Assembly (NCBI GenBank): GCA_963761065.1
Contig: CAVXFP010000007.1
Coordinates: 13,209 to 77,208, forward strand
From: an uncultured Alphaproteobacteria bacterium
Lineage (GTDB): Bacteria > Pseudomonadota > Alphaproteobacteria > Caulobacterales > Caulobacteraceae
Direction: 5' to 3'
DNA length: 64,000 nucleotides
Shown here piece by piece: positions 53,170-63,274 of the stretch. The notes under the pieces are model-generated. The model saw only the letters and a program-made list of their open reading frames with translations, searched no databases and was not told where the DNA came from. The position numbers and the translations under genes are program-made. Position 1 is the stretch's first letter, and each line of letters starts with the position of its first letter.

Positions 53170-56100
53170 ATGGGGCGCCGCACAAGGTTTTCGACATCGG
53201 CGATCGCCGGTGGGGTCTTTGCGTTGGCGATGGCGCTTGGCGCTTTCGTGGCGCCATCGCCCGTTCGCGCCGCGTCCACGACCTGCGGCGCCGGCACTGC
53301 GAGCGGTACGGACAGTACGGTTTGCGGCGATCAAGCGATAGCCATTGGCACCTACAGCGTCGCGTTCGGGTACCGTGCTTATGCAACGGGTCTCGAATCC
53401 ACGGCGGTCGGAACAGGTACGCGATGCAACGGCAGAGGACGCCACGGCCGTCGGCTATGGCGCGAACGCGCTTGCGCAGAGCGCCTCGGCGTTTGGCCGC
53501 AACAGCTTCGCCTTCGGGGTCGGCGGTGTAGCGGTGGGCAACAGCGCTTTCGTTTATGGAACAGACGACATCGCCATCGGCGATAACGCCAAGGCGGGGA
53601 AGCTCTCTGGCGACGACGCCGTCGGCGCCACATCCTATAACCTCGCGATCGGCTCAGAGGCGCACGCAATCGGCGGCTATTCGATCGCTGAAGGTTACCA
53701 GGCCCATGCCCTCGCATACCGGTCGTCGGCTTACGGGAATGCGTCCAGCGCCGACGATCAATACGCCACGGCGTACGGAAGCCAAAGCCACGCGGAGGGC
53801 TTTGCCTCTCTGTCGATCGGCGCGATCAGCCATGCCACTTTGGAAGGAGGCATCGCCATCGGCACCCTTGCCAATGCAAGCGCACTCTATTCCACAGCCA
53901 TCGGCTATTCGGTGTCCGCCTCGGGTGCGAGCAGCGTCGCCCTCGGCGGGTACTACGACATCAACGGCAACACCGTCCCTAACACCGGAGAATACACCAC
54001 CGCATCCGGCGACCGCGCCACCGCGCTCGGCGTCGCGGCGCAGGCGACGGGCGATTTCTCGCTAGTCAGCGGTTACCGCGCGACGAGCTACAACACCGGC
54101 GATATCGCCATTGGCACATCCAGCGTGGCCGGCGTCAGCGGTGGCGCTGTCACCTACGACACCGCGATTGGGGATGGAGCGGGCGCAACTGGCGGCTTCA
54201 GCACCGCGGTCGGCACCTCCAGCGGCGCGAGCGGCGCAAACAGTTTCGCGGGCGGCGTCAATTCAGACGCCTCAGGTCTCAGCGCCGTCGCGCTGGGCGA
54301 CTCCTCCAGTGCGACGGGCGACGGCAGCATCGCCGTCGGCAATGGCGCAGACGCCTATGGGCTGAACAGCGTCTCTATCGGCGCGTCGAGCGCCACCGAA
54401 GATTATGGCGCTGCGTATGGCGTCAGCAGCACAGTCACCGGCTCCTATGGCTCGGCCTACGGTAGCAACAGCCAGGCCTGGGGCACCGATAGCACCGCCG
54501 TTGGGGCGTTCAGCACTGGTGCCGGCAATTACAGCCTGGCGGGCGGCTCGTATGCGAGCGCCGCGGGCGATTACGCCGTGGCGCTCGGCGGCGGCGGCAA
54601 TTCGGGCGTCATGGCGCCACCACTACAACCCGGCGATGTCGCTCTTGGCGACAGTGTGGCGGGCGTCGGCGGCGGCACCTACGACACCGCGCTCGGCTAC
54701 GGGGCGAGCGCGACGGGCGGCTCAAGTTTCGCGGCCGGCCACAACGCCACCGCATCCGGAGCCAATTCCATCGTCACCGGCGCCAGTGCCACCGACAACG
54801 GCGCCGCGGGCGTGTCGATCTACGGCGCAGGCGCGAGTTCGTCGGCCAGCGCCGTCAATTCCTTCGTCGGCGGCAACAACGCCAGCACGGAGGGCAATGC
54901 CTCCGTCGTCATCGGCGGTGGCGTTGGTGGCAGCCAAAACGCGGCGATCGGATACAACAAGGGCGACGTTGCCATCGGCACGAACAGCGTGGCGGGCGTC
55001 AGTTCTTCCGCTCCAAGCTACAGCGCGGCGTACGACAAGTACGACACTGCGCTCGGCTATAGCGCGCAGGCGACGGGCGGCTACAGCGTCGCCAGCGGCG
55101 CCGACAGCGTGGCAAGCGGCCTGGTGAGCGCCGCCTACGGCAACCGCAGCACGGCGAGCGCCATTGGCAGCGTGGCCTTTGGCGACGCCACGGCGGCGAC
55201 GGGCGACAACAGCTTCGCGGGCGGTCTCCTTGCTGCGGCCAAAGGCAACAATTCCGTTGCGCTGGGTGGCGGCAGCACCACCAGCAGCATCACCGGCGCC
55301 ACAACCTACAACACTGGTGACATCGCCATCGGTTCGGCGAGCGTGGCCGGCGTCAGCGGCGGTTCGACGACCTACGACACCGCAGTCGGTTACGGCGCAC
55401 AGGCGACCGGCGGCTACAGCCTTGCCAGCGGCTACAATGCGCAGGCGACTGGCGACTCGTCCATGGCGCTGGGCAACACCGCCTTTGCCGAAGGCGACAA
55501 TGCCATCGCCATCGGTGCCAATTCGGTGTCGGCCGCGAACTCCATCGTCACCGGCGCGAACGCGACCGACAATGGGGCAACCGGCGCATCGATTTTCGGC
55601 ACCGGCGCAAACGTCACCTCCAGCGCAGTGGATTCCACCGCTATCGGCTACAACGCCAATGTCAGCGCTACCAACGGCATCGCCATCGGCGGCAGTTCGA
55701 CAACGAGCGATGCGGCGACTTCGAACTATGACGGCTCCATCGCCATCGGCACCAAGAGCGCGGCGGGCGGCAGCAACACTGTCAATCACAATACCTATAC
55801 GGGACACGACGTCGCGCTTGGGTATAAGGCCAAGGCAACGGGCGGCAACTCGCTGGCCCTGGGATATGGCGCCTACTCCGTGGCCGCAGAAAGCGTTGCC
55901 GAGGGAGCCTTCAGCGATGCCGAAGGCGATTTCAGCACGGCGGTCGGCCCCAGTGCCTATGCAGTAGGCGCAGATTCTTCGGCCTTTGGCAGCGCCTCTG
56001 ATGCGAGCGGCACGGAGAGCACGGCCGTCGGGAGCAACAGCGCGGCCCATGATTATGGCTCGGCCTTTGGCTGGCATTCGCTGGCGAATGGCGCCCAGGG

Positions 56101-59100
56101 CGTGGCGGTGGGTTATCAGGGCACGGCCTGGAACACCGGCTCCACGGCGATCGGGTCACAATCTGTCGCCGGTGTGGACCCAGGCTACGTGGCCTATGCC
56201 GGCGAGACCTACGACACCGCGCTCGGTTATGGCGCGACCGCAGTTGGCGGCCACAGTTATGCCGGCGGCTACACGGCGAACGCGCAGGGCGCGAGCTCCA
56301 TCGCCATCGGCGATCAAGCCTATGCCAAGCGCGACTATGGATCGCCATCGGCTATCAGGCGAACACCGGCGCCAGCACGATCCAGAACTACGATATCGCC
56401 ATCGGCTATCAGGCGACCGCCTACGGTCAGGCCATCGCCTTGGGTGCCAGCGTCCTCCGCCACGGATGTTGGCGCCATCGCCATCGGCTCCGGCGCCTCG
56501 ACCTCGGACAGATATAGTGTGGCCATCGGCTCTGGGGCCAGTGTCACGGTCAGATACAGCGTGGCGATTGGCGATGGCTCGCAAGCCACGGATCAATATG
56601 TCGTCTCGGTCGGCTCATCCCACGGTGAAGCGCAAGATCGTGAATGTGGCGGACGGCTCCGTTTCCGCCGGCAGCCACGACGCGGTGAACGGCGGCCAGC
56701 TCTATTCCGTGCAGCAGGATGTGAATGCGCTGACCACAAACGGCTCGGCCGACTATTTCGTTTCGCAATCTCGGACGGCAGCGGCACGCCCGCCAGCGCC
56801 ACGGGCACGGGCGCCATGGCCATCGGCTCGGGCGCGCAATCCACCGGCACCAACGCGCTGGCCTTCGGCGCGGGCGCCTTTTCAGCGGCGAACTCCATCG
56901 TCACCGGCGGCGGCGCGACCGACAACGGCGCCACCGGCGTGTCGATCTACGGCACGGGCGCCTCGCACTACCGCGGGCGCCACCAACGCCACCGTGATCG
57001 GCTACAACGCTAACGCCAGCGGCTACGGCGATGTCGCCATCGGCGGCGATTCCACGCCTGCCTACGCGGCGACGGCGAGCGGGCTCTATTCGACCGCCGT
57101 CGGCAACCACGCCATCGCGAGTTCGAGCGAGAGCACGGCGATCGGCCACTTCGCCCAGGCCGCCGGCTCCGACAGCTTCGCCGGCGGCGCCTATTCGCAG
57201 GCCGGAAGGCGATACCGCCATCGCCATCGGCGGCAATTCGGATCCTTTCGCCGACGCCACGGGGACAATTCCGTCGCCATCGGCGCAGGCGCGGTCAGCG
57301 GCGATACTCGGCACCAGCGCCGCCGGCCAGGTGGCGATCGGCAATAGCGCATACGCCACCGGCGAAAACGCCGTGGCGTTGGGCACGGGTTATCTCGACG
57401 ACGGCACGCCATCGCACAACAACATCGCAGGCGCCTTCGGCCAGAACGCGGTCGCGGTCGGCTACCAGGCGGCGGCGAACGGCGACAATTCGATGTCCTT
57501 CGGCGTCGGCTCCACCGCCAATGGCGACAACGCCATCGCCTTCGGCACGGGCGCTTTCTCCGCCGCGAACTCGCTGGTGTTCGGCTCCAGCGCCACCGAT
57601 AACGGCGCCATCGGCGTCTCCATCTTCGGCACCGGCGCCTCCACCGCAGTGAATGCAGACTACAGCCTCGCGCTGGGCTATGGCGCGACGGCGACGTCCG
57701 GCGCCACCAATGCCGTGGCCCTGGGCGCGAACTCGGTCGCCGACGTCGCCGACACGGTCTCGGTCGGCTCTGTCGGCGCCGAGCGCAAGATCGTCAACGT
57801 CAAGGCCGGCGACGTCAACGCCACCAGCACCAAGCGGTCAACGGAAGCCAGCTCTACGCCTTGCAGTCGACGGTGACCTCGATCGGCGCCTCGAGTCAGT
57901 ACTTCACGGCCAACTCGACGGGGACGGCGGCCAGCGCCACCGGCGCGGACGCCGTCGCCATCGGCGTCGGGGCGAGCGCGACGGCCGACAACGCCACAGC
58001 CATCGGGCCGAACTCGGTGGCCGACACGGCGAACACCGTCTCGGTCGGCTATGCGGGGGGCGGCGAGCGCAAGATCGTCAATGTCGCGGCCGGCGACCTC
58101 TCGGCGTCGAGCACCAGGCGGTCAACGGCAGCCAGCTCTATGCGACCAACCAGCAGGTGACGACCAACACCACCAACATCGCGAACCTGCAGTCGTCAGT
58201 GACCACGATCGGCGCCACCACCAAGTACTTCGCGGCCAACTCCACCGGAACGGCGGCCAGCGCCACCGGCGCGGACGCCATCGCGGTGGGGGTGAGCAGC
58301 GACGCCAACGGCGAAAACAGCATGGCGCTGGGTCAGAACGCCAGCGCCAGCGGCGACAACGCCATCGCCATCGGGGCCAATTCGATCTCGGCGGCCAACT
58401 CCATCGTCGTGGGGGCGGGCGCGACCGACAACGGCGCCACGGACGTGTCGATCTTCGGCACTAGCGCCAGCACCGCCGCCAGCGCGACCGGCTCAGTGGC
58501 GATCGGCTCCAACGCCAGCGCGACGGCCGCCAACGCCATCGCTATCGGGGCCAATTCGGTGGCCGACGTGGCGAACACCGTCTCGGTCGGCTCGGCCGGC
58601 GCCGAGCGCAAGATCGTCAATGTGGCGAACGGCGACCTCTCGGCCGGCAGCACCGACGCCGTCACCGGCGGCCAGCTCTATGCGACCAACCAGCAGGTGA
58701 CGACCAACACGACCAACATCGCGACCAACACGATCGCGATCGCAACCAACACCACCAACATCAGCGCGCTCGACACCCGGGTGACGAAGATCGACGCGAA
58801 CGGCACCAAGTACTTCCGCGCCAACTCCACCGGGGCGGCGGCCGACGCCGCCGGCGCTGACAGCGTCTCGGCCGGTTCGCAAAGCTCGGCCGCCGGCGCG
58901 AAATCGACGGCGCTGGGTTCCGGATCCAGCGCATCGGCGGACAATTCGGTGGCCCTCGGGGCCAATTCGGTCGCCGACGCGCCGGACACGGTGTCGATGG
59001 GCTTCGCCGGAGGCGAGCGGCGGGTGGTCAATGTGGCGGACGGGGTCAGATCCACCGACGCGGCCACGTTCGGGCAGCTGCAATCCGGCCTGGCCAGCAC

Positions 59101-59404
59101 CATCGCCCAGGCCAATCTCTACACCGACAGCCAGATCGCCGACATCCGCAGGGGCATGGGCGTCCTGAGCCGCCAGGCCTCAGGCGGCGCGGCCGCGGCG
59201 ATGGCTCTTGGCGCTATCCCGCAGCCGACGGGCGCCGGCGGTCTCATGCTCGGCATGGGTTATGGCAATTGGCGCGGCGCTTCGGCCGTGGCGTTCGGCG
59301 CTTCGGCGGTGTTCGACCACGGGCGCATGGCGTTCAAAGCTGGGGCGACTTTCGATAACCAGGGCGGACACGGCGCCAGCGCCGGATTTGGCTATCAATT
59401 CTAG
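53170..59404 (+). pseudogene. trimeric autotransporter adhesin (YadA/Hep_Hag type), ~2000 codons, at least 8 frame changes
   Basis: Signal peptide MGRRTRFSTSAIAGGVFALAMALGAFVAPSPVRA (ORF 53152..53586). Hundreds of head repeats of the type NS(V/I)A(I/L)G..A.A.G lie in ORFs 53345..57013, 55986..57347, 57031..57876, 57861..58160 and 57653..59404. Neck motifs ERKIVNVA.G....S.DAVNG.QLY recur. The C-terminal YadA-type anchor is ...AMALGAIPQP...GMGYGNWRGASAVAFGAS...GASAGFGYQF. Confidence 0.9.
56628..59045 (+). repeat. recurring neck/stalk coding modules inside the adhesin gene
   Basis: KRKIVNV/ERKIVNV motifs occur at ~56628, 57781, 58066, 58605 and 59015. Two identical 40-mers, GCCAGCTCTATGCGACCAACCAGCAGGTGACGACCAACAC, lie at 58131-58170 and 58671-58710. 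Confidence 0.85.
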
Positions 59405-59417
59405 GGAGACGACACGG

Positions 59418-59828
59418 ATGACAAACCTGAACCAGAACACGATCCGTCGCAGCGGAGGCGCGGGGTTGTCGTTGAGCGTCGCAGCCTTGGCGCTCTCATC
59501 GGTCGTCGCCGGCCCCGTGGCGGCGGCCTTGCCGTCCGGTCCGGACAGACCCGTCGCGGCCAATGAGTTCAGGGTCGCCGCCGCCAACGACGACGCAAGA
59601 CGCGCCCCTGCCCCCGCCGCCCCCGCGATGAATTACATGCAGCTGCAGGCGCAATATCGCGGACCGCTACAGGACACGATCATTCAGCGCTGGCGCGATC
59701 CCATAGATGGGAGGATCTGCTACGTCTATCTGCCGGTGGTCGTGCAGCACTCGCAACCCACGCCTATGGGGCTCGTCGAGTACGGATCCAACAACATCGG
59801 ATCGATCAGCTGCACCAACAAGCGCTAA
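59418..59828 (+). CDS. small secreted protein of unknown function, co-oriented 14 nt downstream of the adhesin
   Basis: GGGAGA-N8-ATG. MTNLNQNTIRRSGGAGLSLSVAALALSSVVAGPVAAA is a signal-like N-terminus. The C-terminal region has two Cys (ICYVYLPVVV...SISC). It is the distal part of ORF 59208..59828. Confidence 0.55.
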   Translation: MTNLNQNTIRRSGGAGLSLSVAALALSSVVAGPVAAALPSGPDRPVAANEFRVAAANDDARRAPAPAAPAMNYMQLQAQYRGPLQDTIIQRWRDPIDGRICYVYLPVVVQHSQPTPMGLVEYGSNNIGSISCTNKR

Positions 59829-59979
59829 GAGGCGTTACGCCCGCCGCCGTCACGGCTCAGCTTGCGGTGAGGTCGTTGACTTCATTCGGCCGTAGCGGCG
59901 CGGCTAGAGGAAGGTCCACGCCGGCCTTGCCGTCCGACAAGGATTCCCCAGAATTGTGAGCGCCGGACGGTGGCCGGCC

Positions 59980-61680
59980 TCAGGGCGCCGCGTCGCTGTT
60001 CGCGTCTGGTGCGGGCGCGTCGGCCTTGTCGGCGGGCGCGGCCAGCGGCTGGGCGCCGAGCGGACGCACGACGGCGCGCTGCAGGCTGGCGGGATCGGGG
60101 CCGGCCGTATCGGGAACGTTGGCCGTCGTCTCCACCTGCGCGATACCCAGAGCCTGCAACGCCTTGGCGACGCTTGTCGCCCGCGCGGCCGCCAGGGCGA
60201 GGTCGCGCCGCGTGGGGCCGCGACGTCCGCCGGGGCTCGCGGACCCCTCCACGCGCGCGGCGGTGACGCCCCAGCGCCTGAAGGCCCAGCCGATGGTCTG
60301 CACGGCGCGTTCGCCCGCCGCGTCGAGCGTCGTGCGCCCGGCGCCGAACAGGATCGGGGCCGGGTCGGTCACTGGCGGAACCAGCCGCACCTTCATGTCC
60401 GGGAACAACCGATCCGTGGCCCCTTCCAGAACCCGGTAATCGTCCAGCGATCCGGGCTTCGTGAGCCGGATCGCTGCGGTGAGACTCGTTCTCGTCGCGC
60501 CGGACGGCCAGCACCTCGGCCACGCTCTTCAGCATGTCCCGCAGCCGGGCCTCGGGGCCGCGCTCCACCGGCGCGACCGTGGCCAGGGCCCGGTTGGCCA
60601 GGGCGCCGCCGGTCAGAGCCACGGAGGTGTCGCCCTTGGCCGCCACGATCTGCTCCAGATTGACGATCGCCGCGCCGCCGAGGCTCGCGCCGACGGACGT
60701 CTGCGCGTCCGCCACATACTTGCGGGTCACCACCACGGCCTGGACCTCGCTCGCCCGCCCATGTTCGATCTTGACCGAGAGGTCGCTGATCCGGGGGTTC
60801 TGGTCCTTGAAGGCGGCGTCGATGGCCGCGTTCACCCGGTGCGTCTCGCGCGCCTCGATGACGATTTCGCGCAAGGACAGGCCGAGCGGCGCCGCCAGCA
60901 CCAGGGTGGCGACGATCAACGCGGGGACTTCCCAGGCGGCCCCGGTGCGCTGGGCCGGTCCGAATCCGTAGCGTCGCGCCACCACGTATACCGCGCCCAG
61001 AATCGCCACCACGTTGGTCGCGAACAACAGGGTGGCGCCCCCGCGATGCGTCCCGACCCGGTGGCCAAGCCATAGCCCACCACGGCCAGCGGCGGCATCA
61101 GGGCGGTGGCGATGGCCACGCCGGCGATCACTGCGCCCCTTCGGGTGATGGTCACATAGGCCGCCACCACGCCCGACAGGGCCGCGATCGCCAAGTCCAG
61201 CAGGGTCGGCCGGGTCCGGGCCAGGATCTCCGGGGTGGCGTCCTTCAGTGGCGAGGCCCACACGATCAGGGCCGAGGCCAGCACCGACACTACGGCCCCG
61301 AAAGCCAGGGTCTGGGCCGCGTTGCGGAAGGCGCGCGGCTCCAGCCGGGCCAGAGCCAGGCCCATGCTCAGGATCGGGCCCATCAGGGGCGAGATCAGCA
61401 TGGCGCCGATCACCACCGCCGCCGAGGATTGCAGCAGGCCCAGCGCGGCGATGCCGCAGGAGGTGAACAGCAGCAGGAAATAGCCGCCCGAAATGCGCGC
61501 GCCGTCGTGGATGTCGCGTTCCACCTCCCGCCGCGCTTCGGGGGAATGCGTCAATGCCGGCCGGTAATGCTTCCAGCGGGTGAGCACGGGGCCGTAGAAC
61601 GTCCGGGCGCGAGCGCGCAGCCCTGCCGGCAGCTTATCGAGCAGGGCCTCAGCCCAAGCGCTGGGATGGGAAGTCGGCAT
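59980..61680 (-). pseudogene. DUF389-type integral membrane protein with an OmpA/MotB-like C-terminal domain, 2 or more frame changes
   Basis: GGYFLLLFTSCGIAALGLLQSSAAVVIGAMLISPLMGPIL...ALMPPLAVVGYGLA (DUF389 pattern) lies in ORF 60916..61680(-). The middle is in ORF 59882..61261(-). The C-terminus ILFGAGRTTLDAAGERAV...RRDLALAAARATSVAKALQALG is in ORF 59980..60408(-). Confidence 0.6.
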
Positions 61681-61983
61681 CGTGAACGGTTAGAGCACGC
61701 CGCGATGTCGGACGCATCTGGGCGACATCAATCGGGTCGCCATGTGTCGATCTTGCCGCGGGGCCGGCGACCGCGCCGCGTAACCTCCCGGCAGGACTTA
61801 AATCCTTCATTCAGCCACACCATATAGGGTTCGCGGGACGTCCGGCCGATGCAGCCGGAAGCGCCCCGGGGATGTTGGTGATGAGCTGGATGATTTATGT
61901 GTCGGCCGCCAGTGCGGCCGCGGCCCTGGCCGCGATGTTGGCCTCTGGTCTGCTCAAGACCAGCCGGCGATAGGTCGCCGGGC

Positions 61984-62695
61984 TCAGGCCCGCAGGCCCG
62001 CTTCCTCGCGGATCGCCCGCACGGCCGGCAGCGCCCCAGTGTAGCGCACGCCTTCGCGCTCGCGGCCCAGAATGGCGGAAATCTGATCCCACACCCCGGC
62101 GATCTCCCGGGCGGCGGGGCCCTGCGAAGTCGAGTTCGGCGGCCGCGAGGCCCTGCTCGGCCGCGTTGGAGAAGACGGCCCGATGGCGCAGGCCGGTTCG
62201 CATCAGCGGCAGTCCTGAAGCTCGCAGCACGTCCACGGCCCTCAGCATCACCGGCGACTCGACGCCCATGCGCCGGAAGGGCGCCTGGTTGATCACGATC
62301 ACGCCGGGCTTTCCGATATGCGCCAGCAGCTCCACCGAATTGCGCAGGGCGTTCAGGTCGAAGGTGTTCGGCCGGGTGACCAGCACGCACAGGTCCGCCA
62401 GGCGCACGGCCTGCAGCACGTCCGCCTCGGGCGTCGCGGGGGTGTCGATCACCATCAGCTCCACGCGCGCATTGGCCGCGGCCGACCACAGGGGAAAAAT
62501 CTTGCCCGCGGTGGTCTCGACCACCGCCGGGCCTTCGCGTCCCCGGGCCTTGGCCCAGCTGCTGGCTGAGTGCTGGGAGTCCAGGTCCGCCACAACCGTC
62601 TTCACGCCGGCCAGGTGCGCGGCCACGGCCAGGTTCACCGACAGGGTGGTCTTGCCTACGCCGCCCTTGCGGGAGATCACCGCCAAGGTCTGCAT
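61984..62695 (-). pseudogene. small ParA/MinD-family ATPase (orphan), one frame change in a homopolymer run at 62116-62119
   Basis: [26 protein letters not shown] deviant Walker A, ADLDSQHS and VIDTPA lie in ORF 61895..62707(-). After ELDFAG the sensible continuation PAAREIAGVWDQISAIL...EEAGLRA plus TGA (61984) is one frame over. Confidence 0.75.
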
Positions 62696-62984
62696 GAAGC
62701 CCTCCATGACCCGCGCGCGCGCGCCGCGTCCCGTTCCGGGGCGAGGGCGGCATGGGCGCGTATCTGTTGTGCCAATCTGCGCACGACTTCCATTCCTGCG
62801 GCGGCGAAAAGGCCTCGAGCGACCTTATCGCGCCGTCATGACAAGCCGTCGTGCAGGAATCCGGCCAAAGGCTCTCGCGCGCGTCCCGATCCAGCCGGAT
62901 GGCTCAATAAACCGGCGCTCCTTGATCTGGATCAAAGCTTGCGGAGCCACCTGGGCGAATCCCCTCAACCCGAGGGGATTTCCA

Positions 62985-63191
62985 GTGAAGAAGACCTATA
63001 CGCTGTACCTCCTGAACGGGGATGGCGACCGCCACGGCTTTGAACCGGCCCTGTGCGAGACCGACGCCGAAGCCATCGGCCGCGCCCGCGAGCTGATCGA
63101 GGGTGACGCGGCGGTGTCGGGCGTGGAGGTCTGCTTCGACGCCACGACCCTGTTCCGCGTCCACCGCGCCGGCGGGGGCGGCTGGGAGTAG
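62985..63191 (+). CDS. hypothetical 68-aa protein
   Basis: GAGGGGA-N7-GTG. VKKTYTLYLLNGDGDRHGFEPALCETDAEAIGRARELIEGD... It is the distal part of ORF 62166..63191. No family recognised. Confidence 0.35.
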   Translation: MKKTYTLYLLNGDGDRHGFEPALCETDAEAIGRARELIEGDAAVSGVEVCFDATTLFRVHRAGGGGWE

Positions 63192-63201
63192 GCGCAAAGA
63201 A

Positions 63202-63233
63202 AAGCGGGCGGACCGTTTCCGGCCCGCCCGCTT
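63202..63233 (-). terminator. intrinsic terminator of pnp (13-14 bp GC-rich stem, TTTC loop, U-tract on the minus strand)
   Basis: AAGCGGGCGGACCG-TTTC-CGGCCCGCCCGCTT. The minus-strand transcript continues with TTTTCTTTGCGC. Confidence 0.75.
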
Positions 63234-63274
63234 GATACGCTCACTGGTCTAGCCGGCCCTGAGGCCGGGGACGT

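Noticed and set aside
53170-59404. Regularly spaced repeats that might suggest a CRISPR array or satellite.
   Set aside because: The repeats are in-frame coding modules of the adhesin (head/neck/stalk). They have no unique spacers of fixed length, no leader and no cas genes anywhere in the window.
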